From Octopus bimaculoides (Eukaryota): DNA of 64,000 nucleotides. Below the pieces are notes generated by a model, which saw only the letters and a list, made by a program, of their open reading frames with translations, was not told the origin of the DNA and ran no database searches. Below, in pieces: positions 11,441 to 23,784 of this stretch; position 1 is the stretch's first letter; the number at the start of each line of letters is the position of its first letter. The translations under genes were made by a program, and so were the position numbers. The DNA is taken from contig NC_068983.1 in assembly GCF_001194135.2 (NCBI RefSeq), forward strand, positions 35,875,335 to 35,939,334, written 5' to 3'.

Positions 11441-11610
11441 CACAGATATACATATAAAAGAAAATTAAATTAAAAATTAAATCTGAATAAACTCCAAGCA
11501 ATTACATATTGTTGTAATTAGTGTAAAATAGTTAAAATTATCAGCACCTTTCACTTGCAATATCTTCATATTCTCACAAAAACAAAACTAAATAAAATAT
11601 AAAAATTTAC

Positions 11611-12033
11611 TAGGGAGTGGCTGTGTAGTAAGTAGCTTGCTTACCAACCACATGGCTTCAGGTTCAGTCCCACAGCGTGGTACTTTGGGCAAGTGTCTTC
11701 TACTATAGCCTCGGGCCGACCAAAGCTTTGTGAGTGGATTTGGTAGACAGAAACTGAAAGAAGCCCGTTGTATATATGTATATATATATATATATGTTTA
11801 TAGATGTGTATGTGTGTGTGTGTGTGTGTGTGTATGTGTTTGTCTCCAACATCGCTTGACAACCGATGCTGGTGTGTTTATGTCTCCGTAACTTAGCAGT
11901 TCAGCAAAACAGACCGATAGAATAAGTACTAGGCTTACAAAGAATAAGTCCTGGGGTCGATTTCTTCGACCAAAGGCGGTGCTCCAGCATGGCTGCAGTC
12001 GAATGACTAAAACAAGTAAAAGAGTAAAAGAGT
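11611..12033 (+). mobile_element. Full-length SINE family A
   Basis: tRNA-like head, internal (TA)n(TG)n, tail GTAAAAGAGTAAAAGAGTA. Confidence 0.9.
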
Positions 12034-12735
12034 ATATAAGCCACAGCTGCAATTAGAGAGTTAATGAAAAATAAAATTACAATGGAAGCCACTTATTGCT
12101 ATCCCTTTGGGACAGAGCCCTTGAGATAACAATACACAACTGATAAAATTATATGTGAATTTAATAAGCAGCTTTCACTGCATTCTGAGTTACCATCCAT
12201 ATAATAATTAACAATTAAAATGGGTGGCAGAGTATTCAATCCCATCACCTATTTAGCTGTTAACTATTATGGATAGCATCTGAGAATAATTTAATTTTCT
12301 TCTTTTGCTTTTCAAGTCTTTTATTCTCTACCAACAAATAGACATTTTTGTATTGAATCCAGAGAGTTATACCTAGTCTGCACTTTACTGAAAAGTTAAA
12401 AAAAGAAAAAAAATAGGAAACATGAACAAAGTTATCTCCCATACATTCTGAAGCAAAAATAATCGTATCAATTACTATTATTTTTCTTTCACAGCATATC
12501 TGATCATACTTAGGCTTTTTAATGTTCTAAGTATTAAGTTTACCCTCATCTATTTAGGTAACAGTTATCACATATAAATTGCACATATATGAAGAGTCTG
12601 AATTTCATTGAAGAGTTAAAATCAAAAAGAAAAGAAAAATACCCACACCCTTAAAGTTGTCTCCCATATTAGCAAAGGTAAAAATACTTATTTTATTATC
12701 TGACTTTGGATTTTCAATGCTCCATAGTTATTTAA

Positions 12736-12956
12736 CCCTTTCATTACCAACCCAGCTGAAACCGGCTTTGGCTCTGAGTACAAATGTCTTGTTTTCATAA
12801 GTTTTGAATTAAAATCTTCCACCAAACCTTAGTCATAATTTATGTTCCTAACACAAGCTGAATGATAACTAAGTTAGTTTGCTAAATTCTTTGTTAGATC
12901 TTAAATTAATCGAAAGAAACATAAAGCATCTCAACAGAAATATGGTAACAAAAGAG
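12736..12956 (+). mobile_element. piggyBac-like MITE family 1, copy a
   Basis: TTAA|CCCTTTCATTACC ... GGTAACAAAAGAG|TTAA: TTAA flanks (12732-12735, 12957-12960) and imperfect TIRs. Confidence 0.8.
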
Positions 12957-12987
12957 TTAAAATATATAATAGAGAAACAGTTCTTAA

Positions 12988-13203
12988 CCCTTTTGATACC
13001 GACCTGGCTGAAACTGCCTCTGGTTCTGTAGTACAAATGTCTTGTTTTCATAAGTTTTGAATTAAAATCTTCCACCAAACCTTAGTCACATTTTATGTTC
13101 CCAACACTAGCTTCATGATAACTTAGTTAGTTTACTAAATTCTTTGTTATATTTAATTGAAAGAAACACAGAGCATCTCAAAATTAATACAGTAACAAAA
13201 GGG
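12988..13203 (+). mobile_element. piggyBac-like MITE family 1, copy b
   Basis: TTAA|CCCTTTTGATACC ... AGTAACAAAAGGG|TTAA; aligns with copy a. Confidence 0.85.
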
Positions 13204-14094
13204 TTAATATACTTTGACAATTAGGAAGGTTTGGAGGAGGAACAAACAGAGCTTATTTATCAAGAATATGGATCAAACAAATCTAAAAGTTCAATCTCCA
13301 GTAATGCACCAGCAGGTAACAAGACTACAAATTTAGAGGAAGGGAACAGTCAATTAATTCAACCCATTACACAAGTGACACTTCATTCTATTGACCACCA
13401 CCACAACCATCGCCCAAAAAGGAAAAAACATTAAAGCTGAACTTTGGCTTGATTTGAACAGAGAACATAAAGAGAAGAAATAAATATGACAAAAGCATTT
13501 TAATCCGATACTCTACCAATTTTGCCATTCCAATAATAGCATAGTGATTCATTGGCAGTATTTATTGGTAAAGAGAGATTAGTATAGCAATATGCAAAAA
13601 CATCGAAGAAATTCTATTAAAGACATTTGAATTGCTGTAGTAGAACGACAGCTGAAAAAGACAAATACAAGTATACCACATGATAGGTTTAGACAGAACA
13701 ACGCAATTCATTCTTCTTCAATCTCTTTACTTTGTCATTTACACATGTGAAACCATTTTTTATGTTAAGACTTAATACTTGTGATTTTTATCCAATCATC
13801 ACTTCCCCAGTTACTATCAGCAATAATGAAACCATACCCTTTGCATTCAATATATTACATCAGCATTAAAGCGAACAAAGTACTTGATAATCAACCCTTG
13901 TGGTGTGTGTTCAAATCCCCTCCCTGCAGGTATTTTGTTGTGTATTTGAACAGTACACTGGATAATTTAACTATCATGAATTTAACTACCATGAATTTAA
14001 CTATCATGACTTTAACTATCAAAAATAATCTGATATCATTACCTTTGATAGGTTGATATCCTCCGCAGTGGGGATATCGCCTGTATTGCATATA

Positions 14095-14515
14095 ATCATC
14101 ATTATCATTGTTTTAATATCTACTTTTCCATACTCTCATGGGCCAATAAGAATTCATTGAGGTAAATTTTCTGTGGCTAGATGCTTTCACCTGTTCTCAA
14201 GCAAGGTAATATTTCCCTTAGTTTGGCAAACATGAACAGCACAATGGCTGAACATACTTTCATGGAAGACAGAAAGGAAACAACACTTCTTGTATAACAG
14301 TGATATTCGTTTACAATTAAAGCATTAAGCCAAGACAAAAAAAAATACACACACAATGGGCTTATTTCAGTTTCTTGCAACTAAATCCCTTCACAAGTCT
14401 TTGGCCAGCCAAGGTCTATAGTAGAGGACACTTCCTAAAAGTGTTGCAAGTAGGTTTGAACCTGAAACTACATGGTTGTGAAGCAAACTTCTTAATCACA
14501 TTGCTATACTTGTGC
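14095..14515 (-). mobile_element. SINE family D (A-type head, RTE-type tail), degenerate
   Basis: ATCATC tail and CTTTTCCAT.CT..CATGGG terminal motif at left; family A head at 14345-14515. Confidence 0.6.
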
Positions 14516-14734
14516 ATACAAAATACCAGATCATTAGAGAATGTCACTTGAAATAGCTTAACCCTCTAATGAGGAAGGAGTCAAGGTGGGTGGGCAATGG
14601 GATGAAGGGCATTTTGCATCTGTTTCATGCACTCCAGTTAAAACTACTCAAGGGGTCAATTCTCAAGAGGCATTTAAAATTCACATTATTTCATTTTCAT
14701 ATTATATATTTCACAGTTGTAATCAATACATATA

Positions 14735-14915
14735 CAGTAATCCCTCGACTATCGCGAGTGTTATGTTCCAAAACCCCTGCGACAGATCAAAAAAATGATG
14801 AACACCTTTAATCTATTTTCAAATCTTATTGGATTCTCATCAGTGGTGTCTACATCAATTTGACAAATCCCAGAGACACAAGCAGCCAATCTGTTTATAT
14901 ACTCAACAATTACAG
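14735..14915 (+). mobile_element. Tigger/pogo-like (Tc1/mariner) element left end
   Basis: TA|CAGTAATCCCTCGACTATCGCG resembles Tigger/pogo TIRs (TA target, CAGT..CCCTCG); right TIR not seen (microsatellite and gap follow). Confidence 0.55.
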
Positions 14916-14927
14916 AAGCTATATATG

Positions 14928-14972
<45 letters not shown>

Positions 14973-16379
14973 NNNNNNNNNNNNNNNNNNNNNNNNNNNN
15001 NNNNNNNNNNNNNNNNNNNNNNNNNNNNNNNNNNNNNNNNNNNNNNNNNNNNAGATGGAGCACAGTAATCTCCTTGTGTCAGTTTATGAGGCATATTCAA
15101 AATGTCAGAGAAAGGATACTGTATAATGCCAGTTGTGCTTATGTTGTGAAGTCATGAGTTTGGAAGGCCACACAACAGTTAATATTGGCACATATGGTTT
15201 CTTTTATTACTGTAATGAATCCTTGTAACAATCACTAAATTGACTAAAACGAAAATTACTAAATGGACGAAGTATAGGGTGAACATCTGTTCACAGATCT
15301 TCATTTAAAATTCTACTAAGGATATTTTAACTCTTATATACAGCAGCTGATGCTCATAATACAAGTCAGTTTCTTAAGTTTACTTGCACTCAGTCTGTCA
15401 TATTCACACAGCACAAGCACAGTCACACAATCAACTTATTCCTCTTCAATTGCTGCAACTTTTCTGCTTTCCTTACTATTAGGACAATACAAAAGAAACA
15501 ACAGAAAATGAAGAACAAGCAAATGGCTGAAAGAAACTAATATATTTCCTAATGTGTGTGCTGTTGTTGTTGTTATTGTTACAAGCCCTGAGGGCAAAAT
15601 ACAATTACAAAACATCATACTCAATAACTTTCTTTCATATCATTTAAATTTTAAACAATTACTAATACTTCAAATAAACTTTATACTGCTGCAGGAAAAA
15701 AAAAATTATTTTCTAATCTACTCATGGTTCATTAATATATTTAATTATTCAAAGAATTCTTCATAATACATTGCTGTAGTGAGATAGCTCTATCAACTTG
15801 TGCATTGAATTATATGTTTCTTTTGCTTCTCAGATTTGAAGGTGTAAGGCCATTGGTTTATTACAGATTCAAAGACACCAACTAGATACATAGCTTTATC
15901 ACAGTTGTGGGTTCAAATCCAAGCAAAATCAACTTCATTAGGATATTGGTCACAATAAGTACCAATAATGAAACTAATTTCAGCAGATTAACAGTGATCT
16001 CTATTCTGTGTATGCATGTATGAGAGAGAGAGAGACAGATGAACAGACAGACAGTGTCACACAGAGAAAGCAAGAGATAGAAATTGAGTATATCTATGAT
16101 CATAGGTATTTAAGCCATGACCATCCTGTCTCTTTTTGAGCAGAGAGAAACTGATACGTAGGAAATTTGACAGCAATTTCTAGCACAAGAAATCACATAG
16201 AGGCTGCCTTTTGATTATGATGTTCTTCAAAAAAACTCAAGTTCTCAACAAAGTTGACAGTGGTGGAGACAAAAGTACACCAAATTTTAGTTTCATTCTT
16301 CTCAGTTTAGTACTTAAATCCTGCTTTCCCTTAGGTGATACTAAGTGTGTGTGTGTGTGTGTGTGCGCGCGCATGCAGT

Positions 16380-16750
16380 AGGTGCAAGCATAGTTGTGTG
16401 GTTAAGAAGCTAGCTTTGCAACCGCATGATTTTGGTTTGAGTCCGGCAGTATAGTACCTTGTGCAAGTGTCTTCTACTATAGCCTCAGTCTTGTGAGTGA
16501 ATTTGGTAGATGGAAACTGTGTTGAACTTCCTTCAAATATAAATATCTGTGTGCTCGTGTCTTTGTGTTTGTCTTCCATGCCGTTTCTCAACTTGTGTTG
16601 GTTTTTCTACAACTCCATTACTTTGTGGTTCAGCATAAGAGACTGACAGAATAAATATTGGATGTTAAAAACAAAAAATAAGTACTAAAGCCTTCAAGGC
16701 AGTGCTCCACTATGGCCACAGTCCAATGACTAAAACAAGTAAAAGATAGA
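16380..16750 (+). mobile_element. SINE family A, diverged
   Basis: Head, body and GTAAAAGATAGA tail alignable to 11611-12033. Confidence 0.75.
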
Positions 16751-16822
16751 AGTAGGTAGCCCAACCTCATGCGAGCATGGGAAAGCAGATGATGATCATA
16801 TACACTGTATGTATGCATGCAT

Positions 16823-16909
16823 ACTTGCCCAAGGTGCCACGCAGTGGGACTGAACCCTGAACTATGTGGTTGGTAAGCAAACTACTTGCCACACAGCCAC
16901 TCCTGCGCC
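16823..16909 (-). mobile_element. SINE family A head only
   Basis: ACTTGCCCAAGGTGCCACGCAGTGGGACTGAACCC..ACAGCCACTCCTGCGCC. Confidence 0.85.
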
Positions 16910-16922
16910 TATATGTATATAT

Positions 16923-16969
<47 letters not shown>

Positions 16970-17487
16970 NNNNNNNNNNNNNNNNNNNNNNNNNNNNNNN
17001 NNNNNNNNNNNNNNNNNNNNNNNNNNNNNNNNNNNNNNNNNNNNNNNNNNNNNNNNNNNNNNNNNNNNNNNNNNNNNNNNNNNNNNNNNNNNNNNNNNNN
17101 NNNNNNNNNNNNNNNNNNNNNNNNNNNNNNNNNNNNNNNNNNNNNNNNNNNNNNNNNNNNNNNNNNNNNNNNNNNNNNNNNNNNNNNNNNNNNNNNNNNN
17201 NNNNNNNNNNNNNNNNNNNNNNNNNNNNNNNNNNNNNNNNNNNNNNNNNNNNNNNNNNNNNNNNNNNNNNNNNNNNNNNNNNNNNNNNNNNNNNNNNNNN
17301 NNNNNNNNNNNNNNNNNNNNNNNNNNNNNNNNNNNNNNNNNNNNNNNNNNNNNNNNNNNNNNNNNNNNNNNNNNNNNNNNNNNNNNNNNNNNNNNNNNNN
17401 NNNNNNNNNNNNNNNNNNNNNNNNNNNNNNNNNNNNNNNNNNNNNNNNNNNNNNNNNNNNNNNNNNNNNNNNNNNNNNNNNNNNNNN

Positions 17488-17541
<54 letters not shown>

Positions 17542-18460
17542 CCAAAAAATTTTCTAATCTATTTTCACACACACATACATTAGAGTCAAATGCAGTCAAC
17601 TACATCCATTATTTCCTAACAAATATGTGGCTTATACTGATACTGAAATCAATATACAACTTGGTGATGAAACTAAAAGTCCAAATTCCTCTGGGACCAG
17701 CTTTGAATTTCTTCCCTCAAAGATAAATAAGTAATAAATTAGTACTAATTTAATTATCTCCCCTCTACAGAGGTTCATCTTATTGCCTTTGTTAAGAATT
17801 ATTTTAATTAACACACATACACACCCTTAAACAATTTTCATTAAAAAAAAAAACATCAGTAAATAAAAAGCATTCTCTCTCAAAAGCTATTGAAGGAATG
17901 CAAGTTTAAAAGATTAAAAAAAACAGTAAAAAACATTGAACAATGATTACTGACATAATTTTAGATAATGAAGCTTTAATAAGCCTTATTCACCAACAAA
18001 TCCTGTTGTTATAAGGGATTTATTGCAGATAATTTTATTTTATACAATAAACTAATAAAGACTTTGTTTGACACTCTACATTAGTTCAACAGTAATAATA
18101 TTCTCCCTAAACAGCACAAGGAACTCGAAAGAAAAAAAAGGGAAAGTGCAATAAATAAATAAACAGTATTAATGTTCAATGAAGTTAATGTTCAAGTAAT
18201 TAAGATCTATCGACACTTCCCATTAATAAGCATTATAGATTTGATAAAACACAAGCAATTATTGTAATCCTCACAGCTAACTGCAAATAATCATCTAAAG
18301 TAAATAACAATCTTCAACAGTTGCCCTCAAACGATTAGAGAAGTTTTTGAACAAAGAAATAAGCACCATTCGTGCATGAGTCGTTGTCAGTGCCAGTAGC
18401 ATGTAAAAAGCACCTTCTGAACGGGGGGGATTTAATTCAAAATAACATGAATTTTTTATG

Positions 18461-18844
18461 CTTTATTTGTTTCGGTCATTAGACTGTGGCCATGTTGGGG
18501 CACTAACTTGAAGAATTGTTAGTTGAATGAATCGACCCAGTACTTTTTTTTTTCAAGCCTGGTACTTATTCTAATGATCTCTTTTGCCAAACCAGTTACA
18601 GGGATGTAAACACACCAACACCGGTTGTCAAGTGGTGGTAGGCGACAAGCACAGACACAAAGAGATATAGATACTTATATGCAATGAGTTCGTTTCTGTT
18701 TCCACTGACCACATCCACTCACAAGGCTTTGGTTATTCCGAGGCTATAGTAGAAGACACATGTCCAAGGTGCCACACAGTGGGACTGAACCCAGAACCAT
18801 GTGGTTGAGAAGCAAGCTTCTTACCACACAGCCATGCCTGGACC
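18461..18844 (-). mobile_element. SINE family A
   Basis: Full-length alignment to revcomp of 11611-12033. Confidence 0.85.
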
Positions 18845-18846
18845 TA

Positions 18847-18894
18847 TAAATAAGTATTACATTTGACAGAGTAATCTGAATGTTAAAGGGTTAA
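18847..18894. mobile_element. piggyBac-like MITE family 2, terminal fragment
   Basis: GACAGAGTAATCTGAATGTTAAAGGG|TTAA is the revcomp of the left end of 53651-53879. Confidence 0.6.
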
Positions 18895-19163
18895 AGAACA
18901 TGTTATGTAACGTAGTCGTATATCTGAGAGAATAAATAATAGGATGGTCATGGCTGGAAAACCTTTGATCATTGGTCTGTTGGTTTGGCACTGACCTAAG
19001 GCTAAAACAACATCTACAACTCAACATTGTCAATGTTTGTATGATAATTTATAAATGTCCTCAACTGATCTTTGAAAACAACAGAAATTTATAAGAGAAC
19101 AAAACAAAAAAGATTATTAAATTTGTAATGTTTGCTCCTATCTGTAATGTGATTTCAGTCAGT

Positions 19164-19208
<45 letters not shown>

Positions 19209-19650
19209 ATATGTGTGTCTTTTACAGTTTTGCCAGTTGAATATAATAGCACAATATTCTTTCAAGTCCTTGTAATATAATAGGCTACCAGCAATTCACG
19301 CATAGACACACAAACTTACATACAGCTTGTGACAAAGGAGACAAAGAGGGAAGCAGACAGACGGAGAGACAAATAGTGCAAAAGAGAGAGTGTGAGTGAA
19401 TGTATGTGCGTGCATGTGTTGCACCATATGCAAGTTGAGGGAATTTTAAATATCATCTTCAAAGAGGTGAAATATGCAAAAGTAGTGGTGGTGGTGGTAG
19501 GGGGAGGAAAATGCTAGTGGTGGCAATGGTGGAGGGTATGGGTAATAGTGTTGGAATGGCAGTGCAAGGTTCTGGGAGAGGATGATAGTTACGATGGTAA
19601 AGATAAAAACGAACTTTTGAAGACACACACACGCACATACATATATTCAT

Positions 19651-19705
<55 letters not shown>

Positions 19706-20479
19706 AATATATATANNNNNNNNNNNNNNNNNNNNNNNNNNNNNNNNNNNNNNNNNNNNNNNNNNNNNNNNNNNNNNNNNNNNNNNNNNNNNNNNNNNNN
19801 NNNNNNNNNNNNNNNNNNNNNNNNNNNNNNNNNNNNNNNNNNNNNNNNNNNNNNNNNNNNNNNNNNNNNNNNNNNNNNNNNNNNNNNNNNNNNNNNNNNN
19901 NNNNNNNNNNNNNNNNNNNNNNNNNNNNNNNNNNNNNNNNNNNNNNNNNNNNNNNNNNNNNNNNNNNNNNNNNNNNNNNNNNNNNNNNNNNNNNNNNNNN
20001 NNNNNNNNNNNNNNNNNNNNNNNNNNNNNNNNNNNNNNNNNNNNNNNNNNNNNNNNNNNNNNNNNNNNNNNNNNNNNNNNNNNNNNNNNNNNNNNNNNNN
20101 NNNNNNNNNNNNNNNNNNNNNNNNNNNNNNNNNNNNNNNNNNNNNNNNNNNNNNNNNNNNNNNNNNNNNNNNNNNNNNNNNNNNNNNNNNNNNNNNNNNN
20201 NNNNNNNNNNNNNNNNNNNNNNNNNNNNNNNNNNNNNNNNNNNNNNNNNNNNNNNNNNNNNNNNNNNNNNNNNNNNNNNNNNNNNNNNNNNNNNNNNNNN
20301 NNNNNNNNNNNNNNNNNNNNNNNNNNNNNNNNNNNNNNNNNNNNNNNNNNNNNNNNNNNNNNNNNNNNNNNNNNNNNNNNNNNNNNNNNNNNNNNNNNNN
20401 NNNNNNNNNNNNNNNNNNNNNNNNNNNNNNNNNNNNNNNNNNNNNNNNNNNNNNNNNNNNNNNNNNNNNNNNNNNNNNN

Positions 20480-20624
20480 GATATGAGATCTCCATGTTGC
20501 GCACATATGGTCGTGATGCATGTGCCTGGTGTACCCTTATCAGATGGGTAGTCATGATGGGTATACTGGGCTTCGTATATTTTACCCCAGTGTCACTTTG
20601 AAGGCAAGGACTGCTCTCTCACTC

Positions 20625-20664
<40 letters not shown>
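20480..20664 (+). mobile_element. Probable 3' end of a non-LTR retrotransposon with (AAT)n tail
   Basis: GC-richer segment ending CTGCTCTCTCACTC(AAT)n directly after a gap; family unassigned. An (AAT)n sense tail would fit R4/Dong-type elements (inference). Confidence 0.4.
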
Positions 20665-20666
<2 letters not shown>

Positions 20667-20881
20667 CCTTTCTACTAAAGGCACAAGGCCTGAAATTTTG
20701 GAGTAGAGGACTAGCCAATTACATCAACCCAAGTGTTTCACTGGTACTTAATTTATCGACCCCCAAAAGGATGAAAGGCAAAGTCAACCTCGGCGGAATT
20801 TGAACTCAGAATGTAGCAATGGGTGAAATACTGCTAAGCATTTCATCCAGCATGCTAACAATCCTGCCAGCTTGCTGCCTT
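20665..20881 (-). mobile_element. SINE family C
   Basis: Revcomp of 59808-60040; flanked by (AAT)n on both sides. Confidence 0.9.
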
Positions 20882-20900
20882 GAGTAATAATAATAACAAT

Positions 20901-21154
20901 AGAACTCAGAGAGTGCAAACCTCCACCAAGGCAACACCTATGTCCTCTCAACGATTAGCCAGAGATGATTTTTAAAATGAGAATATCCGAAATAAACTCA
21001 ATTGCTCTCGCGAACGAGAATACTAAAAATGAAACCAACCACTCTCAAAAATTAAGTAAAAAAAACAAGAAAAATAATCCAGAATCCTTGTCCAGTACTG
21101 GATCAATCCCAAAATCTAATCAGTTCATGCCAGTCATGAGGCCAAACATCCCTT
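20901..21154 (+). mobile_element. Possible Helitron/Helentron-type non-autonomous element, 5' part
   Basis: ACTCAGAGAGTGCAAACCTCCACCAAGGC and GGATCAATCCCAAAATCTAATCAGTTC resemble widespread aquatic-animal rolling-circle MITEs from memory; not searched. Confidence 0.4.
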
Positions 21155-21420
21155 GGATTTGATAAGCAGAAACTGAAAGAATCCAGTCGCGCGCGCGTGC
21201 GTGCGTGCGTGCGTGCGTGCGTGTGTGTGTGTGTCTCATTGTTTGTCCCCCACCACTGCTTGATTGACAACTGGTGTTGGTGTGTTTACATTCCCATAAC
21301 AATAGTAGCTCAGCAAAAGAGTTAATAGAGTAAGTATTGGAGTCAATTCATTCAACTAAACTTCTCCAAGGTTGTGCCCCAGCACGACTGCAATCTAATG
21401 ACTAAAACAAGTAAAACAAA
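21155..21420 (+). mobile_element. SINE family A, 5'-truncated, with internal (GC)n(GCGT)n(GT)n
   Basis: AGAAACTGAAAGAATCC ... ATGACTAAAACAAGTAAAAC. Confidence 0.75.
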
Positions 21421-21820
21421 ACAAAAATTCAACATACAAAGAGAAAATTGCGTATCAGCAAAGATGTAATTGCTAATTTTTGTTGCATTTTTATTTTCAT
21501 AATTATTTTTTATTTTCGTTCTTTTCATTCTGGAAATTAACAAATAACAAGCCTCCCAGTCAAAATTGTCCACATACCAGTGGAAAAATAGTAATGAGAA
21601 AATTAGGTCACATGCAAACCATAGCAGCAAAGTAGAGTGTTACTTGATGGCTTCAATTTGCTGTCAAGAAGACAGGTTCCTAAGATTAAATGCTATGTAA
21701 GAAGGTGTTTGTCTACTTGACTCTCAGCTCATTCTCAACTTGTAGTGTAAGGATTTTAACTAAGTTCTAGGTTGAACTTATAGTATGTAATCAAACAATT
21801 ACTTCATATTACATCTTATG

Positions 21821-22182
21821 TATCACCATCTTCTTCATTTTAAGATTGGCTTTTCCATGCTTGCAAAAGGTGAGACCTGCTGGAGTAGATTTTCTGTAGC
21901 TAGACACTCTTCCTGTTGTCAACCCTTAGCTGTTTCCAAGCAATATTTCCCCATAGCTGGAAATGTTTCCACTTAAGATTAGAAATGAGAGACATCATCT
22001 GTATGATGGTGACAGTCATTTTACAACTATCACATGATATCAAGAAGACACACACATGCAAACATGTATCTTATAGGCTTCTTTCAGTTTCCATTTACCA
22101 CATCTACTCACAGGGTTTTGGTTGGCTTGGAATTATAGCAAAAGATACTTGCCGAAGGTGTCATGCAGTGGGACTGAACTTG
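21821..22182 (-). mobile_element. SINE family D
   Basis: RTE-type tail (CTTTTCCATGCTTGCA), D body shared with 33400-33660 and 63384-63620, A-type head. Confidence 0.7.
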
Positions 22183-22190
22183 AAAATATA

Positions 22191-22373
22191 TACTGTATAT
22201 AATTTGTATAAGGAACTCTTGTATATAAGGAACCCCCTAATTTTGGGGACTTAAAATTTGGAAAAAAGGTTTTGATAGGATTATAATACTATCCACGTAT
22301 AAGAAATACCCATATTTTTTTAAACCTAATTTTAGACGAAAAAAGGGTTACTTATACATGTTAAAATATTGTA
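22191..22373. mobile_element. Tc1/mariner-like MITE, copy a
   Basis: Aligns with 22488-22653; right TIR GGGTTACTTATACATGTTAAAATATTGTA. Confidence 0.65.
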
Positions 22374-22487
22374 CTTTGAAAGACCCTTTTCAATTTTTCT
22401 TCCATCCCATCCACCAAACCATACCTCATTCTATTGACTTGTTTTTATATTTTTTTTCTCTCTTTTTCTATTTCTCACAAGACAAAT

Positions 22488-22653
22488 TACCATATTTTAA
22501 CATGTATAAAGAACCCCTAATTTTGGGGGCTTAGAATTTGGAAAAAAGGTCTTGTAAGGGATTATAATACTAGCCATGTGTAAAAAAACTCCCATATTTC
22601 TTTCACCTAATTTTTGACAAAAAAGGGTTCCTTATACATGTTAAAATACATTA
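22488..22653. mobile_element. Tc1/mariner-like MITE, copy b
   Basis: ~28 bp TIRs: TACCATATTTTAACATGTATAAAGAACCC ... GGGTTCCTTATACATGTTAAAATACATTA, TA at both ends. Confidence 0.7.
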
Positions 22654-23506
22654 ATTGGGGATATGGTTTTGGGTTCAGTTCCACTGCATGGCACATTGGG
22701 CAAATGAATGGGAAAAGGATACCATTAAAAGGGTTTACCTAAAACCATCTAAGATTCTCCTAATAGCATTCAACATTATAAGATTTACCAGCAGACATCA
22801 AAGGAATTATGGCCTGTAAGAAATACCAACCTAAATCAACCTTGAATCACACCATGCAATCTTTTAAAAGGAAAAGCATACACTCGGTAATATAGTCCTA
22901 TATATTAGTAAGTCTGGTTATATGAAAAGAACAAAAAAAAAATAGATGGATTTGTCACAGCTGGACCACCTGCTTCAGCAGAATTGACCTGAAGCTAGAC
23001 AACAACAAACAGCATCAAATACAACAATGTATAATCAAAGAAATAAAAAAAGAAAAGAAAATAGGTTTGATGGATCAGGGTTGATATGAGTTGACACAAC
23101 AATGACAACATGAAAAGGAAAACAAATAATATAGAAAAAAATGCAAGGTTCCATAAAAGAATCCAGATTTCACATGTGAAGCAATGTTTTTTTTTTCCCT
23201 TCAAAACAAAGTGAGAAAATAATATTTTAAATATTTGCCTTTGTCAAAGAATGTATTTCAATAAATCGTGTAGGTTTATTGTTGCCCTCAAGGAATATCT
23301 TATTGCATTCAAACTACTGGAGCTTGTTCCTTTATAGCTTGTGAAAAATATTTTGTTTTGATAATACATGCTATAAAAACATATTCATGTGTGTGTCTAT
23401 ACACACATACATTGTGTGTGTGTGTGTGTGTGTGTATACAGAGAGAGAGAGAGAGAGAGAAAGAGAGAAGACATGTAGCCTAGTGTATGTGTGTGTGTGT
23501 GTGTAT

Positions 23507-23784
23507 GTCGTTGCCACTGCCACCTGACTGGCTCCTGTGCCGGTGGCATGTAAAAAGCACCATTTCAGAGTGGTCGATTCCAGTACCACCTGACTGGCCC
23601 TCGTGCAGGTGGCATGTAAAAAGCACCCACTACACTCTCGGAGGGTTGGCATTAGGAAGGGCATCCAGCTGTAGAAACCTTGCCAGATCAGATTGGAATT
23701 TAGTACAGCCTCTGGCTTGCCAGTCCTCAATCAAACCATCTAACCCATGTCAGCATGGAAAGCGGATGTTAACTGATGATGATG
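23507..23784 (+). mobile_element. RTE LINE 3' end (2 UTR repeat units, terminal domain, (GAT)n)
   Basis: GACTGG..CGTGC.GGTGGCATGTAAAAAGCACC twice, then TTAGGAAGGGCATCCAGCTGTAGAAA and GATGATGATG. Confidence 0.9.

Noticed and set aside
13231-13434. 67 aa ORF (MEEEQTELIYQEYG...RPKRKKH) as a stand-alone gene
   Set aside because: Non-canonical TTG start, weak acceptor next to a MITE, nothing recognisable; kept only as a possible exon in another frame.
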